In this document: in pieces, positions 23,243-31,044 of the stretch | Numbering within the stretch: the first letter of the stretch is position 1 | Layout: every line of letters begins with the position of its first letter | Assembly (NCBI RefSeq): GCF_000017845.1 | Contig: NC_010547.1 | Location: forward strand, 270,001-302,000 | Source of the DNA: Crocosphaera subtropica ATCC 51142 | GTDB taxonomy: Bacteria; Cyanobacteriota; Cyanobacteriia; Cyanobacteriales; Microcystaceae | Length of the DNA: 32,000 nt | Reading direction: 5' to 3' | The notes under the pieces: generated by a model | The model's input: only the letters and a program-made list of their open reading frames with translations | Told to the model about the DNA's origin: nothing | Database searches by the model: none | Translations under genes and position numbers: made by a program

Positions 23243-26200
23243 ATGAATTACAAAATAGAAGAAAAACATTTCACCGAATGGGTACATGGTTCCGGTGTTG
23301 ATCCCCAAATTGTGGGATTAAATGTGCGATCGCTCTCAGGAACCACACCACATGAGCATTTACTTTACTCAGACAAATTACCCAGACGAAACGATGGGAG
23401 GTTATCAACCGGATACTTGCGTCGCTGCGAACATTGGGAATTAGGGGGGTGGTACTGTAATGGAATTGACTTGCTAACCGGTGATGAATCTTTATGGGGG
23501 TGCTTTAAGCCGAATAAGCCAAGAATAGTCACGAAAAACGATGGCTTTGACCCCGATCCCTCTGAACGTAAACAAAAACCTATCAAATATGAACATCCCC
23601 CAAAAGTTCAGACAGAAATATTTGCCCTAAGAGTGCCGAGGGCGATCGCAGAGGCCATCGCAGATCGATACAATATACCAATCCCAGAAGAAACAGAATT
23701 TTGGCAGTGGCTGATAGATCATCCTGAAATCCCCATTGTTATTACAGAAGGGGCTAAGAAAGCAGGGGCGTTATTGAGTGCCGGACGTTGTGCGATCGCC
23801 TTCCCTGGAATCTACAACGGGTATCGGCAACCCAAGGACGAAGATGGTAAGAAAACAGGGAAAGCTTACCTCATCCCTCAGTTGCAAGTGTTGGCCCAAC
23901 CCGGAAGAGAGTTTTATTTTGGGTTTGACTCTGATAATAAAATTAAGACCATTACCAATGTGAACAAGGCGATCGAGAAAACAGCTTTTCTCTTAGAAGA
24001 ACAGGGTTGTACTTGTAAGGTTATTGAGTGGTCTAATGAACACAAAGGGGTCGATGACTTAATCGTGGCTAAAGGAGTAGAAGCTTTTGATCAAGCCTAT
24101 CAAAAAGCTAAGTCTATATCTCTATGGAAAGTTAGTCGATTAAAACAGTTAACTTACTCAGTAGCTGTCGAAATAGATCCTCACCTACGTTACTTACCCA
24201 AGTTAGAAATTCCTCAAGGCGTAAAACTGATTGGACTCAAAGCCAGGAAAGGACGGGGGAAAACTTATAGCATCGAGGATGAGGTGGCACAAGCTATCCA
24301 TGATGGGAGAAGGGTGTTAGTGTTATCCCACCGACGGCAACTGGTGGCCTCGTTGTGCGATCGCTTCGGATTAGATAACGTCAACGGTTATCAGACCAGT
24401 GAAACCGGTGGGAAATTGGGTTACGGGTTATGCACCGACTCTCTACGCCAAGACTCGCAAGCTAGGTTTAGACCCCATGAGTGGATAGATGCACTGGTTA
24501 TTATTGATGAGGTCGAACAGGTGCTATGGCACACTTTGGCAGCCCATACCAAAGTTAAGGATTATCGAGTAGAAATCCTCAGAAATTTACAACAAGTTAT
24601 CGAGGTGGTTCTGGGTTCCGAACGGGGACAAGTGTTAGTAGCTGATGCAGATTTGAGTGATGTCAGTCTCGATTATATTAGAAGCTTAGTAGATAATCCC
24701 CCCGAACCCTACATCATTCACCAAGGTTACAACGCCACTACCATCACATCGGAAGAGAAATGGCAGATTTACAACTACGATCACACCAACCCGAAGCGTT
24801 TACTTGCAGACTTACTTGAACATATAAGACGAGGGGGTAAACCGTTTATCTGTGTATCGGCACAGAAAAGAAAAAGCCAATTTGGAACCATTAACCTTGA
24901 GACGATGCTCCTCGAATATTTTCCTTCTCTAAGGATACTAAGAATCGATAGTGAAACGATTACTACACCCGAACATCCGGCTTATGGTTGCATTGAACGA
25001 CTTGATGAAGTGTTGCCTCATTACGATGTAGTCCTTTCATCCCCCTCCATCGAAACCGGTGTCAGTGTTGACCATGAATACCTCAATCCAGTCACCAGTC
25101 AAACCTCGCCAGTCACCAGTAATGAGATAGAAGTTAAACCGAATCTTTCAGTGTTGCAGTTTTTTTTGATGGCAATGATAAAATCAGTTACCAGTCACCA
25201 GTTACCAGTCACCAGTGAAAGACAGTTGACAGTTACTAATGAGCAATCAGAGATTAATAATTCTCGTACTTTAGCTAAGGGTGAAGATGAGAAAACAAAA
25301 CTGGTAAGGAGTGACTGTTCATTGGTGAGTGTCAAATTAGCGATCGCTCTTTGTTGGTTATCTTTGGCCCCGGAACCGATCATAGAAGATTTACCCCCCA
25401 GTGAGTTCGTCGGGCAAAAGGATGAAGAAGCGAAACATCTGGGCCATCACCTCAAACAACTTTCGGTAGATAACTGTGGGGTTTACCATCGTCGGGTGAG
25501 TGATGCTGAAACATTAAGCGATCGCGCCTTTGAAGAATTAAAGCGTCGCCAAACTCGAAGCACTGAAGAACGACTGCAACTGCACAAGACAGAAATTTGC
25601 CGGAAATATGAAGTCAAAGACGTTTCTCCTGAATTAGTCAAATTGGATGAACAACGAGTGTACGCTCGTATGAGACTGCATTACTATGGGACTGTGGGAC
25701 GGGCTTATATGAAGCAGAAGGAGAGAAAAAGATTAGAAAAAATGTTGCAACTGGGGCAAGGTTGTTTGTTCTCTCCCGACTTTAATCGTAATAGTATTTC
25801 CGCTAAGATTTGGGTTTACGAATTCCTTGGCTTCTTTCCTTTGCTACAAAAAACCCAGGTTCACAAAGATGACCCCGATTTGCAACAATTAGCCACAGTA
25901 TCAAAAGAATTTGCCCATGATATCAAGTCTATTTTGCACGTAAGCATCAACCTTGACGACAGCCCTGTAGTGGTTTATCGCAAGTTACGCCAACCTCTGG
26001 GGCTTCCCAAGTTGATTAAGTTGGGTAGGTTTGGGTCAAGAGGCGATCGTCATTATACTTATGCGAATCCAGACCTCACTGAACGGTACGAATTGTTTGA
26101 TCGGTGGTTGGCATCGGAACAACCCTTACCTACTGAACAGCCATCACCGGTGCAATGGGCGATGAGGATGCTACACCGACTAGAATCTCCTGCACGGAGT

Positions 26201-26344
26201 TTTGTTGATAGCACTGAAGCTAACAAGTTTCTACAGGCGATCGATTCTAAATTAACTTCTGTTGTTGATGAAGTTGAAAAGGTTTGTTCTGATTTTTGCC
26301 CTCGATTTTGGGAAGCTTTTCGTTTAGCTATTTCTGAAGTCTAG
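23243..26344 (+). CDS. Plasmid replication protein of the cyanobacterial CyRepA/DUF3854 type (TOPRIM primase-like domain plus P-loop NTPase)
   Basis: TOPRIM-like motifs are IVITEGAKKAGALLSAGRCAIAFPGIYNG, FYFGFDSDNK and HKGVDDLIV. Walker A is KARKGRGKTY (about 24248-24268) and Walker B is LVIIDEVEQV. The long helical C-terminus follows. Confidence 0.75.
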   Translation: MNYKIEEKHFTEWVHGSGVDPQIVGLNVRSLSGTTPHEHLLYSDKLPRRNDGRLSTGYLRRCEHWELGGWYCNGIDLLTGDESLWGCFKPNKPRIVTKNDGFDPDPSERKQKPIKYEHPPKVQTEIFALRVPRAIAEAIADRYNIPIPEETEFWQWLIDHPEIPIVITEGAKKAGALLSAGRCAIAFPGIYNGYRQPKDEDGKKTGKAYLIPQLQVLAQPGREFYFGFDSDNKIKTITNVNKAIEKTAFLLEEQGCTCKVIEWSNEHKGVDDLIVAKGVEAFDQAYQKAKSISLWKVSRLKQLTYSVAVEIDPHLRYLPKLEIPQGVKLIGLKARKGRGKTYSIEDEVAQAIHDGRRVLVLSHRRQLVASLCDRFGLDNVNGYQTSETGGKLGYGLCTDSLRQDSQARFRPHEWIDALVIIDEVEQVLWHTLAAHTKVKDYRVEILRNLQQVIEVVLGSERGQVLVADADLSDVSLDYIRSLVDNPPEPYIIHQGYNATTITSEEKWQIYNYDHTNPKRLLADLLEHIRRGGKPFICVSAQKRKSQFGTINLETMLLEYFPSLRILRIDSETITTPEHPAYGCIERLDEVLPHYDVVLSSPSIETGVSVDHEYLNPVTSQTSPVTSNEIEVKPNLSVLQFFLMAMIKSVTSHQLPVTSERQLTVTNEQSEINNSRTLAKGEDEKTKLVRSDCSLVSVKLAIALCWLSLAPEPIIEDLPPSEFVGQKDEEAKHLGHHLKQLSVDNCGVYHRRVSDAETLSDRAFEELKRRQTRSTEERLQLHKTEICRKYEVKDVSPELVKLDEQRVYARMRLHYYGTVGRAYMKQKERKRLEKMLQLGQGCLFSPDFNRNSISAKIWVYEFLGFFPLLQKTQVHKDDPDLQQLATVSKEFAHDIKSILHVSINLDDSPVVVYRKLRQPLGLPKLIKLGRFGSRGDRHYTYANPDLTERYELFDRWLASEQPLPTEQPSPVQWAMRMLHRLESPARSFVDSTEANKFLQAIDSKLTSVVDEVEKVCSDFCPRFWEAFRLAISEV
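25185..25217 (+). repeat. Heptanucleotide (STRR-like) tandem repeat CAGTNAC inside the rep ORF
   Basis: The sequence cagttac cagtcac cagttac cagtcac cagtg runs from 25185 to 25217. Related copies ccagtcaccagt lie at 25088-25099 and 25109-25120, and cagttgacagttac at about 25223-25236. Confidence 0.8.
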
Positions 26345-26411
26345 TCTAAGTATTCTATATTTCTATATTAGATTTAATAGACACAAACTGTTACTGATTA
26401 TACTAAATACT

Positions 26412-26460
26412 CCTATTAAGAGAACGAGCAAGGTTCTTGATAGATTAATAGGTCTTTTTA
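26412..26460 (+). terminator. Long hairpin plus T-tract after the rep gene
   Basis: cctattaa (26412-26419) pairs with ttaatagg (26445-26452). There is an inner agaac/gttct stem, followed by tcttttta. Confidence 0.5.
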
Positions 26461-26530
26461 TACTGCTTATAGACTAAATTATTAGAGTATTTTGTAGTAA
26501 AATATAAGAAAAAATTTCCACAATTTAACT

Positions 26531-26755
26531 ATGACAAATTGCAAGTTTTCTAACATTGAGTTTCAAGTTAATAATACAATAAAGACCTCATTTTCTTTTG
26601 ATGAGCTTCATCGATTAAACAGTGAGAAGCTAGATTATCTCAAAGGCTCACTTTTAACTTGTTTGGTAACTACAGGACATATTAGTCAAGATTTAGCCCG
26701 CTCCTTTTATCAAGATATATTAACCAAAAATCAGGCACCAGTTAAAATTATGTAG
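26531..26755 (+). CDS. Hypothetical protein
   Basis: The 74-aa ORF has an ATG start. I recognise no family. Confidence 0.4.
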   Translation: MTNCKFSNIEFQVNNTIKTSFSFDELHRLNSEKLDYLKGSLLTCLVTTGHISQDLARSFYQDILTKNQAPVKIM

Positions 26756-26764
26756 GTAAGTGAA

Positions 26765-27229
26765 ATGAATATATTAAAAATAGTATTTATCAATAAAAAC
26801 AACCTACGAAATGTTTTATTTCTGTTTATATTTTTTGCTGTTGGAGGAGGATTATTCTGGGTTTTAAAGACTTCAGAAACTCAGAAAATTCCAGATAGTT
26901 GCTATCTTTCCCCTTTAGCAATTACAATCGAAGTCGTTCGACAAAACTACTCTGATTGTAAAACTGATATCCAATCTTTAGAAGCTGATATTAATTTTGA
27001 AAAAACTGATCAAAAAATCTCAAAATTAACTACTCAATTAAAGCCAAAAGAACAGCTAACTTTGAGAACAGAAAAAGTGGTTGAGAGTATTTTTCAAGAA
27101 ATTAGAGATGATATTTCTTCCGAACCAATATTAAATATTATAATATTTAGTATTTGTCTCATCTTATTTTTTCTATGGTGTCTTTGTTTTATGTTTTTAT
27201 TAATTTTCTTTATTTTTGTAGACATTTAA
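26765..27229 (+). CDS. Hypothetical membrane protein (TM helices at both ends)
   Basis: The hydrophobic segments are VLFLFIFFAVGGGLFWVL and IIIFSICLILFFLWCLCFMFLLIFFIFV. Confidence 0.5.
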   Translation: MNILKIVFINKNNLRNVLFLFIFFAVGGGLFWVLKTSETQKIPDSCYLSPLAITIEVVRQNYSDCKTDIQSLEADINFEKTDQKISKLTTQLKPKEQLTLRTEKVVESIFQEIRDDISSEPILNIIIFSICLILFFLWCLCFMFLLIFFIFVDI

Positions 27230-27412
27230 TTAACTATTAATTATTTTAAAAAGCCATTACACACCAAAACTTATTAATTCAGTTTTGTGATTGCTTTCAC
27301 TGATTTTCTTAGTCATTCTGATTATTTATTAGTTTTTATCTGTTATAGTATATATTGATTTGAGTATCGAGAACGGAGATTCTCATCGTTCTAAACATTC
27401 AGAATTTTCATT

Positions 27413-28708
27413 TTACCCATCGGATAACTCCTCGATAACAAAATTTTCTAAATAAGCGATCGCCTTCAATGAAGCATTAGCTTTAGCATCTTTTTTAGAA
27501 GTTTCAATCGCTTTGGTTTCAATCAAAGGTTCATCCAACCACTCGATTCGACAACAACAAAGCCAATCATTGCTTACTTGATGGTAAAAGTATTCAGGTC
27601 GTTTCATTTTCAGTTTCTGCAATGCTTCATGTAAATAACCGATAGGGGATTCATGGGCCTCTGTTGGTATTTCTGAAAGGTCGATTTCGTCTTCTGTTTC
27701 AGGGATAAATTCATCAGTTACCACCGTCTGGGCTATGTTTGTCTCTGAATGAATATCCTGCAAAGGACTTTGATCAATGAATTCAGGTGGCACTAAACTC
27801 TGATCTAACACCCCTTCTATCAATAAGTAGTTAGCCTGATGTTTGGCGGCTTGTTTATTACTAGCAATGCCAGGAATGGCTGTGGTTTCTCCTTCTAAGA
27901 TAGACCAAAAAGCAAACTTCCCTGATGCCGTTGTCTTTTCGATGTATTCTACGGTTGTTTGATTCGTCGTCCCTGCTATTTGGATAATTTGAGTGGCTTC
28001 TACCTGTTTTTCTTCTAAATAATCTAATATCGTGTCTTTGATTAATTCTTTCGTTTCTGGGTCATTGTACTCCCCAAAGATTAGATAGTATAAATCTACT
28101 GGTTTGATATTACCGTCTTCTATTCGAGAGATGGCTTCGGGTACAATTTTGTCTAACTTTGATACCCTAAGACTATCTTTAACAATTTGGGAAAATTCTT
28201 TATCCGAAAGATTCTCTATCTTGCCCTTATCCCTTAATATGTGTACGGTTTGATTGAGGCGTTTCTCACGGAAATGTTCGTCTCGTTGTTCTTTGACTTG
28301 GGTGCGTTTGCTATTGATGTGGTTAGCGATCGCTTGTAGTTCTTCTAGGGTGTAAGGAGATTCCTTCCCTTCTATGAAAACTGCTTTGAGAATACGGTGG
28401 TTAACGTAGTCAGCTACCCTGCGAATGGGGGAAGTAAAGTGAGTATAGGCTGGTAAAGCTAGGGCAAAGTGACCAATAACTGCCGGAGAGTAAGTAGCAG
28501 GATTTAACCAACTTTGCAACTTCTGTCTCACCAATTCGGGTAATCCGAGTGTCGTCAGAGTTTCTATCAACTCTTTGCTTTTAGGGGCGATCGCACTTGC
28601 AGTATGGTTCCGGTAGAGTATGGGTAAACGATGCTTCTCGGCTAAACTGGCCACTGCGGTATTAGCCAGGAGCATAAATTCTTGAATGATTTGCTGTGAG
28701 TCACGAAC
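27413..28708 (-). pseudogene. RNB-family (RNase II/R-like) exoribonuclease, 3' fragment, separated from its 5' part by the IscB element
   Basis: The frame is open upstream of the listed Met and reads VRDSQQIIQEFMLLANTAVA. This is followed by HFALALPAYTHFTSPIRRVADYVNHRIL, the RNB C-terminal motifs. The C-terminal region has two dsRBD-like modules, one of which is PIGYLHEALQKL...TSKKDAKANASLKAIAYL. Confidence 0.85.
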
Positions 28709-28942
28709 CCACCACTAATCCAGTAGGTATAGTGGGGGCTTGAAAAGCCCAAGACGTGACCAGACTAAGGTTCTAGAAACCTACGTTATTTGAGTCAAGA
28801 CACCTTGAGATGCGTGCCAGTCTCACGCTCTGTCGCTCATCTTTAAACATCCCTAAACGGGTTAAGGAAGTGAGATGGGCCTAACAAGCTCAAATAACAT
28901 TGTCGAGGCAAACTTTACCCTAGAAATAGGAGATTAAAACTA
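28693..28942 (+). ncRNA. Candidate IscB omega RNA (HEARO-type): about 16-nt flank-derived guide plus about 234-nt scaffold
   Basis: This non-coding leader lies between the element boundary (about 28709) and the iscB ATG. The position and size are as expected for an IscB omega RNA. The stems are ccacta/tagtgg (28712-28717/28730-28735), gggctt/aagccc (28736-28741/28745-28750), aggtt/aacct (28768-28772/28778-28782), tcaag/cttga (28794-28798/28804-28808) and a possible long-range ctcac/gtgag. It is GC-richer than typical intergenic DNA in this window. Confidence 0.65.
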
Positions 28943-30289
28943 ATGTTCGTATTCGTATTGTCAAAAGACAAGCGACCACTTAGCCCCTGCCATCAGGCGA
29001 GAGCTAGAAAACTGCTCAAAGAAGGGAAAGCAGCCGTATATCGAAAATACCCCTTCACTATCATCCTCAAAGAAGAGGTGAACCCTAGCAAACCTCAACC
29101 TTGCCGAATTAAGCTTGATCCTGGCGCAAAAGTAACCGGTATTGCCTTAATTCAAGGGGATAGGATGATCTTTGGTGCTGAACTTGAACATAGAGGATTT
29201 AGAATTAAAGACTCACTTGAGTCAAGAAGACAGTTAAGAAGGGGTCGTAGGGGAAGGAAAACCCGCTACCGAAAACCTCGCTTCCTAAATCGGACACGGC
29301 CTAAAGGTTGGCTTCCTCCGTCCTTACAAAGCCGCGTCGAGAACATTAATACTTGGGTTAATCGGTTGAGAAAACTCTGTCCAGTAGACTCGATTAGTGT
29401 TGAACTTGTTCGGTTTGACACTCAGCAGCTTGAAAATCCTGAAATCTCAGGAGTCGAGTACCAGCAAGGAACTCTTTGCGGGTACGAGGTGCGAGAGTAC
29501 CTGCTAGAAAAGTATCATCGGACTTGTCAGTATTGTGGGGCTAAAGAGGTTCCCTTTGAGATAGAGCATATTGTACCTAAATCAAAGGGGGGAAGCGATC
29601 GCGTTTCTAATCTCACTCTAAGTTGCCACAAATGCAACCAGAAGAAAGGAAACCGGTCAGTTGAGGAGTTCCTTAAGGGTAAGCCTGAAGTGCTGAAACG
29701 AGTTAAAGCTAATGCCAAAAAGCCCCTGAGAGATGCTGCTGCGGTGAACGCTGCTCGGTGGGCAGTCTTTAACCGATTAAAGGCTAGTGGACTAGAGGTA
29801 GAGGCTGGTTCAGGAGGACTAACTAAGTTTAATCGAACCAAGCACGAACTCCCTAAGACGCACTGGCTAGATGCAGCTTGTGTGGGCAAATCAACACCAA
29901 GCAAATTACGAATGCTGGTACAGAAGCCACTTAAAATTAAAGCCACTGGTCACGGCACAAGGCAAATGTGCCGCACCAACAAGTATGGGTTCCCAACTCG
30001 TTATGTCCCGCACAAAAAAGATGTTAAAGGATTTCAAACCGGTGACATTGTTAAGGCTGTAGTTACTAAGGGAAAGAAGACCGGCATTTATGTTGGGAGG
30101 GTAGCCGTACGCTCGACTGGGAGTTTTAACATTTCGACTGCAAAAGGCGTAATCCAGGGCATTAATCACAAATATTGCCGACAAATTCACAAGAAGGATG
30201 GTTACTCTTATGCCACATAGCTACTGCCCACCTTTTCCTCTCATCGCTAACCTTTTCGGTATAGCGAGAGTCTCCAAGGAGGAGGAAAG
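28709..30289 (+). mobile_element. IS200/IS605-superfamily non-autonomous element carrying omega RNA and iscB (no tnpA), inserted in the RNB gene
   Basis: The RNB reading frame stops being RNB-like at 28708/28709 and at 30289/30290. Removing 1581 nt (3 x 527) rejoins ...TTPMYH to VRDSQQIIQEFMLLAN in frame. A subterminal hairpin lies in the 69-nt right end (ctctc..cgcta/tagcgagag, about 30238-30270). The boundaries are good to within a few nt. Confidence 0.75.
28943..30220 (+). CDS. iscB: IscB RNA-guided endonuclease (PLMP domain, split RuvC, HNH insert)
   Basis: The N-terminus is MFVFVLSKDKRPLSPCHQARARKLLKEGKAAVYRKYPFTI (PLMP-type). RuvC-I is IKLDPGAKVTGIAL (D59). The Arg-rich bridge helix is RRQLRRGRRGRKTRYRKPRF. 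RuvC-II is ISVELVRFD (E154). The HNH domain is CQYCG...EIEHIVPKSKGGSDRVSNLTLSCHKCNQKKGN (H209). RuvC-III is HWLDAAC (H307, D310). An AGGAG lies 10 nt upstream of the ATG. Confidence 0.92.
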   Translation: MFVFVLSKDKRPLSPCHQARARKLLKEGKAAVYRKYPFTIILKEEVNPSKPQPCRIKLDPGAKVTGIALIQGDRMIFGAELEHRGFRIKDSLESRRQLRRGRRGRKTRYRKPRFLNRTRPKGWLPPSLQSRVENINTWVNRLRKLCPVDSISVELVRFDTQQLENPEISGVEYQQGTLCGYEVREYLLEKYHRTCQYCGAKEVPFEIEHIVPKSKGGSDRVSNLTLSCHKCNQKKGNRSVEEFLKGKPEVLKRVKANAKKPLRDAAAVNAARWAVFNRLKASGLEVEAGSGGLTKFNRTKHELPKTHWLDAACVGKSTPSKLRMLVQKPLKIKATGHGTRQMCRTNKYGFPTRYVPHKKDVKGFQTGDIVKAVVTKGKKTGIYVGRVAVRSTGSFNISTAKGVIQGINHKYCRQIHKKDGYSYAT

Positions 30290-30904
30290 ATGATACATTG
30301 GGGTGGTGAGGATACGCCCCTCTTCATCTAAGTTGACCCCACCGACACGACTTAAACCAATAGCACCGACATCTTGGCGTTTCCAAGCTAATTTTTGCGC
30401 CCAGAGTTCACAATAACGTAGCATTTGGAAAAATGGCGATGAAGGGTCATGAAGAGTAGCATCAGCCGCAGAGTAAGAAAAGCGTTGTAAACTGGTTAAA
30501 TGCGCTAAATGGAGGGAAGTATTTTTGATATTAGCTGATTCATCGAGAGTGATGCGAATTGTCACCGTCAAACGTAATTTATCTTCGAGTAGAGACAGTT
30601 TATCCTCAGAAAGTTCATGGGGAAACATGGGTTTATTCTTCGTGGCCAAGTAGCGAGTTTCCACCTGTGAGAGTGCATTGGCTTCTAAGGAGGAACCTGG
30701 TTGGATTATGGCCGACACATCCGAGATATGCACGGATACCACAGCCCCTGATTGCTTGGGTTCTATCCATAAAGCGTCATCGAGGTCTTTTGACGTTTCG
30801 CCGTCAATCGTAAAACCGAGTACCGCCTCTCGATTAGTTAGGGATATATTATTATCTAGTAATTGTTCTATTTCGCTTCGTATAATTGGTAATGCTTTAG
30901 CCAC
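30290..30904 (-). pseudogene. RNB-family exoribonuclease, 5' fragment (GTG start), interrupted by the IscB element
   Basis: FTIDGETSKDLDDALWIEPKQSGAVVSVHISDVSAII and MFPHELSEDKLSLLEDKLRLTVTI are the N-terminal RNB motifs. After ...TTPMYH the ORF runs 22 codons into element sequence and stops at 30221-30223. No cold-shock/OB domains precede the RNB domain. Confidence 0.85.
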
Positions 30905-31044
30905 TTTTTCTTTCGGTTCGCTAAAATAAACTACTTTTATATTTGATTTTTTTTAGTTACTAAATCTTTTGAATTATTGACTTAGATGGCTAAAACATTA
31001 TAACATATTAATTCGATTAACTGTTACTTATTTTTCTTAATTTA

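Noticed and set aside
20578-25217. Possible CRISPR array, suggested by the 18-nt x3 repeat and the heptamer repeats
   Set aside because: The repeats are directly tandem with no spacers, they are far shorter than CRISPR repeats, and they lie inside ORFs. I saw no repeat-spacer periodicity anywhere in the window.
238-25383. Other short nested or antisense track ORFs (238..435, 2586..2789, 2795..2983, 4351..4644, 7953..8138, 9391..9591, 9975..10193, 10396..10683, 14261..14479, 15443..15700, 15719..15928, 16049..16249, 18436..18657, 18777..18974, 23365..23586, 23778..23963, 25195..25383)
   Set aside because: Each lies wholly within a longer ORF that has family motifs or better coding context. 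None has its own recognisable domain.
29527-30190. Antisense and out-of-frame ORFs within iscB (29527..29946, 29871..30062, 29906..30190)
   Set aside because: The iscB frame carries every expected catalytic motif. The others have no motifs and arise from the GC-richer composition.
28709-30289. Y1 transposase (tnpA) expected for an autonomous IS200/IS605 element
   Set aside because: No ORF of the right size with an HUH/Tyr motif is present in or next to the element, so I call it non-autonomous rather than inventing a tnpA.
30559-30929. Plus-strand ORFs antisense to the RNB 5' fragment
   Set aside because: The minus-strand frame shows clear RNB motifs, and the plus-strand peptides are featureless.
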